NCBI GenBank assembly: GCA_038205935.1
Contig: JBBRBK010000001.1
Span: forward strand, 38,595 to 102,594
Length of the DNA stretch: 64,000 bases
Direction: 5' to 3'
From: Campylobacterales bacterium
GTDB taxonomy: Bacteria; Campylobacterota; Campylobacteria; Campylobacterales; Sulfurimonadaceae
Shown: positions 42,222 through 52,400 of the stretch, one piece after another
Layout of the letters: the number at the start of each line of letters is the position of its first letter
Numbering within the stretch: the first letter of the stretch is position 1
Notes under the pieces: generated by a model
Told to the model about the DNA's origin: nothing
Databases searched by the model: none
The model's input: only the letters and a program-made list of their open reading frames with translations
Program-made: the position numbers and the translations under genes

Positions 42222-42959
42222 TTAAGATTCGAAGTGCTTAAATGCTGTAGGCTCAGGCGCTTCGAAAGTCATACCCAAAAGCACAACTTTTTTTGCATGT
42301 AGCATCACGCGTTTATATCTTCTACCACCGTATTGCTCATCACCAATAATTGGAAAATCGATGCTTTTAAGGTGTACACGTATCTGGTGCGTGCGTCCAT
42401 GATGGATCACACATTTTACCTTTGTTTTTTTACCGTTTACGATCTCAGGCGTTACTTCCGTACGAGCTGGTTTTCCTTTTTTAGAGACTTTTGAGTAAGC
42501 TTTGTTGCTCTTTTTTTCTGTGATGATTGGTTTGTCAATATCAACACTTTCAACCAAAATACCATCTATCCAAGCAACGTACTCTTTATAAACATTATCA
42601 TTCTTAAACTCTTTGATAGCTTTTTCTCTGAATTCTTCATTTTTTACAAGCATCAAAACCCCACTTGTCTCACGATCAAGTCTATGAAGTAGTTTTGCAT
42701 CTTTAAACTGTCGTTCAACCTCATCAGAGTTTACAAATGCTGGTTTGTCAACAACAATAATATCATTGTTTTGAAAGATAGGTTTTATCTTTTCAACTTT
42801 TTCAACTTTAAAATTTGTCTTAGAGTCTATATCTCCGCGTGCAATCATCACTTTTTTATTGCCCGCATACACAAGACCTCTGTCTATAAGAGATTTTGCC
42901 TCATTATTTGAGATTCCCTCTTGTAGTGCTAAAACTTTATATGCTTTATCTTTTTCCAT
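42222..42959 (-). CDS. RluA-family RNA pseudouridine synthase with S4-like N-terminus
   Basis: VDKP, HRLDRETSG, GRTHQIRVH, PIIGD.QYG. Confidence 0.93.
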   Translation of the reverse strand: MEKDKAYKVLALQEGISNNEAKSLIDRGLVYAGNKKVMIARGDIDSKTNFKVEKVEKIKPIFQNNDIIVVDKPAFVNSDEVERQFKDAKLLHRLDRETSGVLMLVKNEEFREKAIKEFKNDNVYKEYVAWIDGILVESVDIDKPIITEKKSNKAYSKVSKKGKPARTEVTPEIVNGKKTKVKCVIHHGRTHQIRVHLKSIDFPIIGDEQYGGRRYKRVMLHAKKVVLLGMTFEAPEPTAFKHFES

Positions 42960-44125
42960 TAACTGTTCCTAATATAGTTTATTACTCTGTCCAAATTAAT
43001 CTTCTCATCCACTTTTGAGGGAGGAAGAATTTGTGCATCTTCAAGTGCTTGACACACTTCATTATTTTCAATGTATTGTACATGATGTACGTATTTAAAT
43101 AGCTCTTTTTGATCGTGAAAATGTTTGCCGGTTATAATCTTACATCCAAAATGAGCAGGCTCAAGCGGATTGTGTCCACCAACATCAACTCTAAATGCAC
43201 CGCCTAAAATAGCGATGTCGCTAATCTTATAGATATTATTAAGCTCGCCCATTATATCGACCAAAACTACATCTGTCGATAGTGTTTTATCTTCACTAAA
43301 ACGGCTTACATGCAAGCCATTCTTTTCACAAAATTCATGTAGTAACTTAAATACCAAATCAAATCGTTCTGGATGACGTGGTACGATTATCAACTTTGCT
43401 TTGTTCTCTATAATATACTCTTTATAGCCTTCAAGAATCAGCTTCTCTTCGCCTTCATGCGTACTTGCAGCAACTATTGTTAACCCAGAAGGTTTAGTAT
43501 AAATTTTACTCTCTTTTATCTCTTGTGCAAGTTTGATATTACCAATAATCTCAATATTTTTTGCGCCCAATGTTTCAAAACGGTAAGCGTCAATCTCGCT
43601 TTGACAAAAGACAACATCTACATAAGAGAGTAATCTTCTATAAAACCACCCCATTTTCATATACTTTTTTACGCTTTTATCCGAAATACGGGCATTTAAA
43701 AGGATGACTTTTGCACCGCGCGCAGACATCACAGCCAACAACATGTACCAAAATTCAGCTTCCAAAACAACAAGAAGTTTTTGAGGTTTTGTCCAAAAAG
43801 GCAAAAATATCTCAAAAGGAAGGTATCTTAGATCGACACCATACTTTTTTGCTTCATTGTGACCAGTATGAGTGACCGTCGTGATCTTAATATCATCTGT
43901 ATCTAAACCTTCAATAATCGGTTTTAATGCTCTAGCTTCACCAAGAGAGCAGACATGAAACCAGATACCGTTACTACTTTTAAATCGTGGATTATGAAAA
44001 AGAAAAAATCTTGCTGGAATAGATTCCCGATATTTTTGCTTGAAAGATAAAGAGATTAAAAGCGGCAGTGCCATAATATATAGCACTGTGCTTAAAATAT
44101 AATAGAGAAGGGAAAATGGCTTCAA
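42959..44125 (-). CDS. waaA: Kdo transferase
   Basis: WFHVCSLGE, EAEFW, NARIS, ASTHEGEE, VPRHPERF, GGHNPLEPA; start taken at TTG 44125. Confidence 0.94.
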   Translation of the reverse strand: MKPFSLLYYILSTVLYIMALPLLISLSFKQKYRESIPARFFLFHNPRFKSSNGIWFHVCSLGEARALKPIIEGLDTDDIKITTVTHTGHNEAKKYGVDLRYLPFEIFLPFWTKPQKLLVVLEAEFWYMLLAVMSARGAKVILLNARISDKSVKKYMKMGWFYRRLLSYVDVVFCQSEIDAYRFETLGAKNIEIIGNIKLAQEIKESKIYTKPSGLTIVAASTHEGEEKLILEGYKEYIIENKAKLIIVPRHPERFDLVFKLLHEFCEKNGLHVSRFSEDKTLSTDVVLVDIMGELNNIYKISDIAILGGAFRVDVGGHNPLEPAHFGCKIITGKHFHDQKELFKYVHHVQYIENNEVCQALEDAQILPPSKVDEKINLDRVINYIRNS

Positions 44126-44127
44126 GC

Positions 44128-44844
44128 CTACGCTTCTTCGCCTTGCGCCATATATAATATACGACCACAATGTGGACAAGTGACGATCTCTTCGCCTTTA
44201 ATAACATCTGCAAAAACTTTATCATTTACATGCATATAACAACCCATACATGCTTGATCTTTAAGTTCAACTGCTGTTGTATTTTTAGCCCAGCGACGAA
44301 TTTTTTGATAAAAAGCTAAGCCTTTTTGGTTCATCTCACCAACAAGTTTCTCTTTTTTCGCAAAAACACTACGGCGAGCCGTTTCTATATTTCCGAGTTT
44401 AACATCTACATCTGCTTTGATCGTTGTAAGATTTGCATCAATTTCAACTTTTCTAGCACTCATTTCTTCTAATTTTACTTTTTTTGCGGAAACAAGTTTA
44501 TCTAAACGTGCGATCTCTTCATTTGCGAAAGTCACTTGTTCTTTTGCAATCTCTTCTTCTAGTTGAAGTGATTTCATCTCACGTTCAGTTTTGATCTCTG
44601 AAGATTTTCTCTTGTTATCTTCAAGTTTTGCAGAAAGTTCTGCCAAATGAAGTTCATTTTTATGCTTTTTCAACTCTTCATTTTTGATCTCATCTTCTAT
44701 TGATGAGATTTCGCCATCAAGCGCATCTCTTGTTGCAAGAGTCGCCTCATATTTGTAGTTTGCCTCATCTATTTGAGGTTCAAACGCATCTATTTCTTTG
44801 TCAACTTCTGAAAGATCGATTAGTTGTTTTAAATGTTTGTTCAT
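44128..44844 (-). CDS. coiled-coil protein with C4 zinc ribbon (DUF164 family)
   Basis: Long coiled coil, CMGC...CPHCGRILY; follows a Nif3 gene. Confidence 0.9.
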   Translation of the reverse strand: MNKHLKQLIDLSEVDKEIDAFEPQIDEANYKYEATLATRDALDGEISSIEDEIKNEELKKHKNELHLAELSAKLEDNKRKSSEIKTEREMKSLQLEEEIAKEQVTFANEEIARLDKLVSAKKVKLEEMSARKVEIDANLTTIKADVDVKLGNIETARRSVFAKKEKLVGEMNQKGLAFYQKIRRWAKNTTAVELKDQACMGCYMHVNDKVFADVIKGEEIVTCPHCGRILYMAQGEEA

Positions 44845-44878
44845 CTATTTCCTTTTTGGATTCGGTGCGACAAGTTCC

Positions 44879-45601
44879 CTATATATACGTGAAAGGGTTT
44901 TTTGATTGTGAAATTATAACCGCTAATCCTAAATTTTCCAAATATGTTTTTAAAATTTCTCCAAAAAACTGCTCACTTTCATAATGGCCGATGTCTATCA
45001 TTGAGAGATTTATCGTTTTTGCTTCCATGGCATCGTGGTATTTTATATCACCTGTTAAAAAGCAATCTGCTTCAATCGAGCGCATCAAAGATGTGCCTGA
45101 GCCAGTTGTAAGCGCTACAGTTTTAATATTTTCGTGAACCTTGACACACCTTACATGTAAGAGATCAAATGCTTTTGCTATTTTTTTCGCAAAATCATCA
45201 AAAGTTTCATCCACTTCCATATACGCTACAAAACCCTCTTTTTTTACTATTTTTAATCCCAATATTTTTGTCGCAACATACTCATTGAGATGTGTTTGGT
45301 CAAAATTTGTATGCATGGCAATATTTGAGATATTTTTTTGAACCATTTTTCTTATAAGATGCGCCGGATATTGATTAAATTGTAACTGCTTCAATCCTCC
45401 AAAAATAATTGGATGGTGCGTAATCAAAAGTGAGTTTTCTTCTATGGAATCTAAAAGTTTTTCATCGACATCGATGCTGAGATAAACCCGCTCAACATCT
45501 TCGCTCAGATCTCCAAGTAAAAGACCGGAATTATCCCACTTTTCTTGTAAGGCAAAAGGCGATATCTCATCTAAATAATTATATATATCTATAATCTTCA
45601 C
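44879..45601 (-). CDS. Nif3-like dinuclear metal-centre protein
   Basis: WDNSGL, ITHHP, HTNFD, TGDIKYH, GHYESE. Confidence 0.93.
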   Translation of the reverse strand: MKIIDIYNYLDEISPFALQEKWDNSGLLLGDLSEDVERVYLSIDVDEKLLDSIEENSLLITHHPIIFGGLKQLQFNQYPAHLIRKMVQKNISNIAMHTNFDQTHLNEYVATKILGLKIVKKEGFVAYMEVDETFDDFAKKIAKAFDLLHVRCVKVHENIKTVALTTGSGTSLMRSIEADCFLTGDIKYHDAMEAKTINLSMIDIGHYESEQFFGEILKTYLENLGLAVIISQSKNPFTYI

Positions 45602-45603
45602 AG

Positions 45604-46374
45604 TTAGTTCCTCGATCGTATACAGCGCACATAGACAGATTTTGTCTTATATCCGGCATCCTCTTTTTTAAACTCAAACATATTTGTACTTTCCATCAAA
45701 TCTACAAGCTTTTTAAATCCATAATTACGAGAATCAAATTCGGGTATTTTATTTGCGATTTTTTGCCCGACTGAACCGAGGTAAGACCATCCTGTATAAT
45801 CAGATGTATCATCAACCGCATTTCGAAGAATTGCAAGCAGACGTATATCTTTTGAAATGTCTTTCGAGATATCTTTTGGATTTTCTTTTACCTCTTTTGG
45901 TTTAATATTTTTACTGTCAATTTCACTAATTGTTTCATCTCTAAGATTTTCAGTAAAAATAAATTTATCACAAGCACTTACAAAAGATTTTGGTGTTTTT
46001 TTCTCTCCAAAACCATATACAGTAAGCCCACTTTCTCGAAGTCTTGAAGCTAAACGTGTAAAATCACTGTCACTAGACACGATACAAAAGCCATCAAATT
46101 TATCAGAATACAAAAGATCCATTGCATCAATGATCATGGCCGTATCTGTGGCATTTTTCCCCGTTGTATAGGCAAACTGCTGCATCGGATGGATGCCGTG
46201 CTCTAACAAAAGATTTTTCCAGCCTTTGAGCTTTGTATCTGTCCAGTCGCCATAAATCCTCTTTACGCTCGCTACTCCATAGTTTGCAATCTCATCTAAA
46301 AGACCTTCTATTATTTTTGGCTGAGAATTATCCGCATCTATTAAAACCGCTAATTTTTTCTGTTCACTACTCAA
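45604..46374 (-). CDS. NYN-domain protein with C-terminal LOTUS/OST-HTH domain
   Basis: LAVLIDADN, RIYGDW, GKNATD, SSDSDF; FDSRNYGFKKL. Confidence 0.9.
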   Translation of the reverse strand: MSSEQKKLAVLIDADNSQPKIIEGLLDEIANYGVASVKRIYGDWTDTKLKGWKNLLLEHGIHPMQQFAYTTGKNATDTAMIIDAMDLLYSDKFDGFCIVSSDSDFTRLASRLRESGLTVYGFGEKKTPKSFVSACDKFIFTENLRDETISEIDSKNIKPKEVKENPKDISKDISKDIRLLAILRNAVDDTSDYTGWSYLGSVGQKIANKIPEFDSRNYGFKKLVDLMESTNMFEFKKEDAGYKTKSVYVRCIRSRN

Positions 46375-46964
46375 ATTTTATCCTTTATATTATTCATCTC
46401 TATTTTCGCTTCTGTAAACTCTGGATTTATCTCAAGCGCTTTTTCATACATCGCAAGCGCCTCTGCAAAGCGTTGCATATCAACAAGTAAATTTGCATAA
46501 TTATAATACGTCACATCATAAGCGGCATCTATTTGCAAAGCTTCTTTGTAGTTTTCTTCTGCCTTGTTAAACTCTTTCCCTTTTCGATACAAAGAAGCAA
46601 GTGCATTATAAAAAATATCATTATTTTTATCTACATGTAAAGCTTCTTGATAATAAGAGATCGCTTCGTTATCTCTCTCTTCTTTTGCAGAAATATAGCC
46701 TAATTTACCAAGTACTTCGGCATTGTTTGGACCTTTTACATTTGCTTCATCTAAGAGTGCAAACGCTTTTTTAAGATCGCCGTCCTCAAAAGCTTCATCT
46801 GCTTTGATGGCAAGTGCTTCTGGATCAAAAGGCGAAAAACCATTCTGGGATCTATTATCTTTTTTTGGCTCTGTCTTTTCATCTTCGAGAGTTTGAATAT
46901 GTTGATAAACCTTAAATGAAAAGAATGCAGCCATAGCGATCATTAATATTTGAAACAAACTCAT
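46371..46964 (-). CDS. membrane-anchored tetratricopeptide repeat protein
   Basis: N-terminal TM, repeated A...Y..AL..D/NP TPR units. Confidence 0.88.
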   Translation of the reverse strand: MSLFQILMIAMAAFFSFKVYQHIQTLEDEKTEPKKDNRSQNGFSPFDPEALAIKADEAFEDGDLKKAFALLDEANVKGPNNAEVLGKLGYISAKEERDNEAISYYQEALHVDKNNDIFYNALASLYRKGKEFNKAEENYKEALQIDAAYDVTYYNYANLLVDMQRFAEALAMYEKALEINPEFTEAKIEMNNIKDKI

Positions 46965-47077
46965 AAAATTCCTTTTTTACAATTCTATCATAAAGGAGAT
47001 CCCTAAATGAGAATCATAACCATTTTGTAACAATCTCTTGGATATAATAATTAAAATTCAATTTATGATGGTTTATT

Positions 47078-49180
47078 ATGATAGTAAATTTAAAAGATCC
47101 AAGTTTATATAACAATCGTGAGCTTTCTTGGCTCCAGTTTAACACAAGAGTTTTAAAACAAGCGCAAGATGCATCTCTTCCACTATTGGAGAGATTGAAA
47201 TTCCTTGCAATCTATGGCACAAATCTTGATGAGTTTTATATGATTCGTGTGGCAGGACTTAAAAAACTTTTTAGCGCCGGCGTTATCGTTTCAGGTGCGG
47301 ACCGTTTGACTCCGCTTCAACAACTTATGGATATCAGACAGTACCTACACCAAGAGCAACAAGTAGTAGAGTTTTGTATGACTGATATTTTTAAATCTTT
47401 AGAGCAAGAAGGTATCTTTGTTAAACAATACAAAGAGCTTAATATCACTGAAAAGAAAATAGTCACTAAAAAGTTTTTTGAGGGAATCTACCCAATCATC
47501 ATCCCTATTGCAGTGGATGCAACTCACCCTTTTCCTCACCTAAACAATCTTAGTTTTGGAATCATCGTCAAGCTTTTAGACAAAGATGACTTGAGCGTTG
47601 AGCGCTTTGGAATTGTTCGTGTTCCTCGTGTTTTATCGAGATTTGTACAAATTGCTGAGGGAACTTATGTGCCGGTAGAAGATGTCGTGGCCGAGCATAT
47701 CGAAGATATTTTTCCAGGCTATCAGCTTTTAAAAAGTGTGCCGTTTCGTATCACAAGAAATGCAGATATCGCCATCGAAGAAGAGGAAGCAGATGACTTT
47801 TTGGAAATTCTTGAAGAGGGACTCAAACTTCGTAAAAAAGGGGAAATAGTAAGGCTTGAAGTTGGTTACAACGCTGATCATGAGATCATAGATTTTTTCA
47901 ATAGCCATATCAATGTTTTTAAACACGATATCTATACATTTCATACAATTTTAAATCTTTCCTCTTTATGGCAAATAGTAGGAAATAAGGATTTTGCACA
48001 CCTTTTAAATGAGCCTTTCAATCCAAAACTCTTACCGCCACTGAGTTCAAATGAAAATATTTTCTCTATTTTAGATGCGCAAGATGTGACGCTTTATCAT
48101 CCATATGAAAGTTTTGAGCCTATCGTACGCATGATCCAAACTGCGGCAAAAGATCCTGATGTGGTAACAATCAAAATGACACTTTATCGTGCTGGCCCGC
48201 AATCACCAATAGTTCAAGCACTTATGAGTGCCGCAGAAGCTGGAAAACAAGTTACTGTTATGGTCGAGCTCAAAGCAAGATTTGATGAAGAAAATAATCT
48301 TATCTGGGCAAAAGCACTTGAAAAAGCTGGTGCGCATGTTATTTACGGAATCTTCGGATTTAAAGTTCATGCAAAAGCGACACTCATCACAAGACGAACG
48401 AATGGTAAACTCAAACAGTATGCGCATTTAGGTACTGGGAATTACAACCAAAGTACAGCAAAAATCTATACAGATATTAGTTATCTTACAAGCAAAGATG
48501 AAATTACAAATGACCTTACAAGATTTTTTCACTTTCTTACTGGTTTTAGTAAAAAAGGGAAGTTAGAAAAACTTTACATGGCTCCAGCGCAGATAAAACC
48601 AAAACTTTTATCGCTCATCGCCAATGAAACAAGAAAAGGCAAAGAGGGAGAGATCATAGCAAAAATGAACTCTTTAGTGGATGATGACGTAATTCGCGCA
48701 CTGTATAAAGCAAGTCAGGCAGGTGTAAAAATAGAGCTTATTATCCGTGGTGTTTGTTGTTTAAAACCCGGAATTGAAGGTATCAGTGATAATATCAGAG
48801 TTACTTCTATTATTGGAAAATATCTTGAACATGCGAGAATATTCTATTTTAAAAGCACTGCGCCACATATTTTCATCTCAAGTGCAGATTGGATGCCTCG
48901 TAATCTTATGAGACGCATCGAACTTTTAACAGGAATTGATGATAAAGAAAGTGCAGAAAGATTGCTACAAATCTTACAACTCCAATGCAGTGACAACACA
49001 CTTTCTCATGAACTTCATAGCGATGGAAGTTACCATAAAGTGAAAATAGAAGAAGATCAAAAAGCAATCAATAATCATAAAATAATTGAAGATCATATGA
49101 TAAAAATGCACAAAGCATTGAAAAAAGAGTCCCCAAACTATGTGCAACAACTCGCAGAAAGACTTTTGAAGGATTCATAA
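47078..49180 (+). CDS. ppk1: polyphosphate kinase 1
   Basis: NRELSWL.FN.RVL, NLDEFYMIRVAG, HHPY-like YHPYESF, ELKARFDEE.N, KVHAK, SADWMPRN. Confidence 0.97.
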   Translation: MIVNLKDPSLYNNRELSWLQFNTRVLKQAQDASLPLLERLKFLAIYGTNLDEFYMIRVAGLKKLFSAGVIVSGADRLTPLQQLMDIRQYLHQEQQVVEFCMTDIFKSLEQEGIFVKQYKELNITEKKIVTKKFFEGIYPIIIPIAVDATHPFPHLNNLSFGIIVKLLDKDDLSVERFGIVRVPRVLSRFVQIAEGTYVPVEDVVAEHIEDIFPGYQLLKSVPFRITRNADIAIEEEEADDFLEILEEGLKLRKKGEIVRLEVGYNADHEIIDFFNSHINVFKHDIYTFHTILNLSSLWQIVGNKDFAHLLNEPFNPKLLPPLSSNENIFSILDAQDVTLYHPYESFEPIVRMIQTAAKDPDVVTIKMTLYRAGPQSPIVQALMSAAEAGKQVTVMVELKARFDEENNLIWAKALEKAGAHVIYGIFGFKVHAKATLITRRTNGKLKQYAHLGTGNYNQSTAKIYTDISYLTSKDEITNDLTRFFHFLTGFSKKGKLEKLYMAPAQIKPKLLSLIANETRKGKEGEIIAKMNSLVDDDVIRALYKASQAGVKIELIIRGVCCLKPGIEGISDNIRVTSIIGKYLEHARIFYFKSTAPHIFISSADWMPRNLMRRIELLTGIDDKESAERLLQILQLQCSDNTLSHELHSDGSYHKVKIEEDQKAINNHKIIEDHMIKMHKALKKESPNYVQQLAERLLKDS

Positions 49181-49707
49181 TGGTGCATAAATTTAAAAAT
49201 ATTGTGCCGACTTTAGGTGAAAAAACTTGGATAGCACCCTCTGCTGATGTTATCGGTGATGTTTCTATCGGCGAAGATTGTTCCATCTGGTTTGGATGCG
49301 TCGTACGCGGCGATGTTCACTATATCACTATCGGAGATCGTACAAATATCCAAGATTTAAGTATGGTACATGTAACGCATTATAAAAAAGAGGATAAAAG
49401 TGATGGCAATCCGACGATCATCGGAAGTGATGTCACTATCGGTCACCGCGTTATGCTTCATGGGTGTACCATTGAAAACGCTTGTCTTATCGGTATGAGC
49501 GCCACTATTTTAGATGGCGCAGTTATCGGCAAAGAATCGATTGTAGGAGCTGGCAGTCTCGTCACAAAAAACAAAGTTTTTCCTCCGCGTTCACTGATCA
49601 TGGGAAGCCCCGCAAAACTCATCAAAGAGCTAAACGATGATGAAGTCAAAGAACTTTATGCATCGGCTTCACGATATGTTAAATTTAAAGAGGATTACAG
49701 AGTCTAG
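49180..49707 (+). CDS. gamma carbonic anhydrase family protein
   Basis: Hexapeptide repeats; RGD...I.IG..TNIQD...H, GH...LHGC. Confidence 0.93.
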   Translation: MVHKFKNIVPTLGEKTWIAPSADVIGDVSIGEDCSIWFGCVVRGDVHYITIGDRTNIQDLSMVHVTHYKKEDKSDGNPTIIGSDVTIGHRVMLHGCTIENACLIGMSATILDGAVIGKESIVGAGSLVTKNKVFPPRSLIMGSPAKLIKELNDDEVKELYASASRYVKFKEDYRV

Positions 49708-50325
49708 ATGCCGCAACTTGACCCGCTTATCTTAGTCGATATCCTTGGAATTATTGCTTTTACTATAAGCGGCTTTTTAGTAGGGGCTAGAAATCACCTT
49801 GATATCTTAGGTCTCATTATCGCCGCATCACTTACTGCTTTGGGTGGAGGAATCGTGCGAGATACGATTCTCAGCGTCACTCCATTTGCTTTTAAAACAC
49901 TCTATCCTGCAACGGCACTTTTTACCGTAATATTTTTTGCTCTTCTATTAAAAATTCATAAATATGACAGCATAGAAAAAAGATGGCTATTTGTCATCAG
50001 TGATACCATTGGACTTGTAGCTTTTAGTATCACAGGAGCACTTTTAGCCATAAACGCAGAATATAATTTTTTTGGAGTGATCATACTTAGTTTTATCACA
50101 GCAATGGGCGGAGGCGTGATAAGAGATATCCTCATCAACCAAGTCCCAGCCATTCTCATAAGTGACTTTTACGGCTCTATTTCAGTGATAGTTTCCGTGC
50201 TTTTACTACTCTTACATGTAAGCGGTTTTTTAAATCATACAAGTATCCTCTTAGTAGCAATATTTTCCATCGCACTAAGACTTGTGGCTTATAAATACAA
50301 ATGGCATTTGCCAAAAATAGTATAA
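49708..50325 (+). CDS. TRIC (UPF0126) family membrane protein
   Basis: Duplicated motifs AF.ISG / TALGGG.VRD and D.IGL.AF / TAMGGG.IRD. Confidence 0.92.
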   Translation: MPQLDPLILVDILGIIAFTISGFLVGARNHLDILGLIIAASLTALGGGIVRDTILSVTPFAFKTLYPATALFTVIFFALLLKIHKYDSIEKRWLFVISDTIGLVAFSITGALLAINAEYNFFGVIILSFITAMGGGVIRDILINQVPAILISDFYGSISVIVSVLLLLLHVSGFLNHTSILLVAIFSIALRLVAYKYKWHLPKIV

Positions 50326-50360
50326 AGTATTCTTGCATTATTTTTTTATATGACTTCTCT

Positions 50361-50749
50361 CATACTTTTTTTTCCGCAAAAAAAGTATGCAAAAAAGCTC
50401 GTGTCAGCAGTTGGATTTCTTCACGCTTTGTTTCGGTCGCTATGTCTAAAAATGCAAAACTCGTTCACTATGTTCTCTCAAACAGTTGCATTTTCCTAAC
50501 GACTCCACTCGGTCAAAAAAGCTAAAATCCAAAGTGACACCTATCGCCGAAACAACCATTGCGTCAGTTGCAACATCTGCAGAGCCAAGAAATTTCTTTT
50601 AAATTTCGTTAAGAAAATTCATCTGTTTGAAGCGAAGCTGAGTTTTGGATTTTTAGAGATTTAGAAGAAATTTCTTGGGAACTTGCCAAAGGCAAGCTCG
50701 AAGCCGTTGCAAGAGCTTTTTGGTACTTTTTTGCGAAGAAAAAAGTATG
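50361..50749. mobile_element. MITE/REPIN-like non-coding element with hairpin terminal inverted repeats
   Basis: Left end CATACTTTTTTTTCCGCAAAAAAAGTATGCAAAAAAGCTC (50361-50400); reverse complement of right end (50713-50749) CATACTTTTTTCTTCGCAAAAAAGTACCAAAAAGCTC; two long internal stems; mobility inferred only. Confidence 0.55.
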
Positions 50750-50758
50750 GAAACTTAA

Positions 50759-51940
50759 TTACGTCCTATAATCCGCATTGATCTTCACATACTCATATCC
50801 AAGATCACAGCCGTACGCAGTAAAACTTCCATCATTTATTCCAAGATCACAGCTGATAGTGAAATTTGGAAGCTTCATAATTGCCGCGGCATCTACTTCC
50901 ATAACTTTGTCAAAATAGATCTCGCCTTTGTCATAGACACACAGATTATTGAAAGATATTTTGAGAGTTTCTTCCTTACATGTAACGCCGCTTGCTCCCA
51001 CAGTAGAAGCGATACGTCCCCAGTTTGGATCTTCACCGTAAAGTGCAGTTTTCACCAAAAGAGAATCAGATAGTGCTTTTGCGACCTTTTCAGCTTCCTC
51101 ATCATTTTTTGCGCCCGTAATATTATAAGTAACAACTTTTGTAGCACCTTCGCCATCACGAACCATCTCTAAAGCTAAAAATTTCATCACTTCATGTAAA
51201 GCCTCTTTGAACGCTTTTTTATGAAAAACTCCACTTTTTTTGTTTGCAAAAAGCATAACCGTGTCGTTTGTAGATGTATCTCCATCGACGCTTATGGCAT
51301 TAAAAGTCGTTTTGACCGTTTTATCAAGTATCTTTTGCATCTTGTTATGAGGAATATCTGCATCCGTTGTGATAAAACAAAGCATCGTTGCCATCGCGGG
51401 GTTGATCATCCCAGCACCCTTTGCCATCGCGCCTATATGGAATTTACTTCCATCTTCTAGCACAACTTCAAAAGCGATAGTTTTTGAAAAACCATCTGTT
51501 GTCATAATCGCTTTACTTGCGTTTTGCGGTTCTCTTTTTGTCAAATCAAACTTTTTTGCACCTGCGATGATCTTCTCTTTTGGAATTCTCACACCGATAA
51601 CACCCGTGGAACTCATCACTGGATTGACAAGTCCATCAATCTCTAAAGCTTCTAAAATCTCGTCAATATCAGAGATCCCTTTGGGGCCTGTCATCGCATT
51701 TGCATTTTTAGAGTTTATCATCACAAAGTTTGTTTTGAAATCGCCCTTGTTTTTAAAATGACGAATCGGAGCAGCTGTCATCTTGTTTGTTGTAAAAGTT
51801 GAAGCAATATCACAAACTGTGTCGCTATAGATAAACGCCATATCTAAGGCATCATTGGCTTTTAAACCAGCACTGATTCCATCAGCAAAAAATCCATCGG
51901 CTGCGCAAACACCAGTGTCAATTCTATTTAAAGTATACAT
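50759..51940 (-). CDS. argJ: bifunctional ornithine acetyltransferase/N-acetylglutamate synthase
   Basis: NANA.TG, STGVIG, AKGAGMI.P.MATML, DGDTSTND, DGEGATK, DPNWGR, INADYRT. Confidence 0.97.
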   Translation of the reverse strand: MYTLNRIDTGVCAADGFFADGISAGLKANDALDMAFIYSDTVCDIASTFTTNKMTAAPIRHFKNKGDFKTNFVMINSKNANAMTGPKGISDIDEILEALEIDGLVNPVMSSTGVIGVRIPKEKIIAGAKKFDLTKREPQNASKAIMTTDGFSKTIAFEVVLEDGSKFHIGAMAKGAGMINPAMATMLCFITTDADIPHNKMQKILDKTVKTTFNAISVDGDTSTNDTVMLFANKKSGVFHKKAFKEALHEVMKFLALEMVRDGEGATKVVTYNITGAKNDEEAEKVAKALSDSLLVKTALYGEDPNWGRIASTVGASGVTCKEETLKISFNNLCVYDKGEIYFDKVMEVDAAAIMKLPNFTISCDLGINDGSFTAYGCDLGYEYVKINADYRT

Positions 51941-52009
51941 TATTATTTTCCTATATTGTTTTGCAGAGTATTATATAATAAAATGTGTGGAGAAATTGTT
52001 ACAGAAGTG

Positions 52010-52034
52010 GTAAAACTCTCGAAAAGAGTTTTAC
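52010..52034 (-). terminator. hairpin downstream of rpmB
   Basis: GTAAAACTCT-cgaaa-AGAGTTTTAC, 10-bp stem. Confidence 0.65.
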
Positions 52035-52063
52035 AAAAGATCAGGGATTAAAATCCCCAATAC

Positions 52064-52252
52064 TTACGAGTTTTTCTTTAGTGTGCGAAGCTCTTTTGCA
52101 GAAATTTTAATTTTTTTCGTTGTTCCATCTTCCAATGTAACACGAACAACTCTCAAGTTTGGTAAAAAACGACGTTTAGTTCTGTTTTTTGCATGAGAAA
52201 CATTATTTCCACTCATTGGGCCTTTGCCACTGATAGCACATCTTCTTGCCAT
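52064..52252 (-). CDS. rpmB: 50S ribosomal protein L28
   Basis: [33 protein letters not shown]. Confidence 0.98.
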   Translation of the reverse strand: MARRCAISGKGPMSGNNVSHAKNRTKRRFLPNLRVVRVTLEDGTTKKIKISAKELRTLKKNS

Positions 52253-52400
52253 ATCTAGGCTCCCTTGTACAAAAATTTAAGTTGCGAATTATAGCCAACC
52301 AAAACAAAACTACAACTTAAGAGGATATTTTATTGCTTTTAATTATCTATTAAACTGCAAAGAGATAAAATCGTTTGTAATAACATAGATTGGAACAATA

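Noticed and set aside
45845..45878. KDISKDISKDI tandem repeat in the NYN protein
   Set aside because: Short degenerate repeat in a low-complexity interdomain linker; no sign of phase variation
50301..50525. 74-aa ORF running into the structured element
   Set aside because: Overlaps the TRIC gene end, crosses the terminal inverted repeat, and has no recognisable motif or RBS
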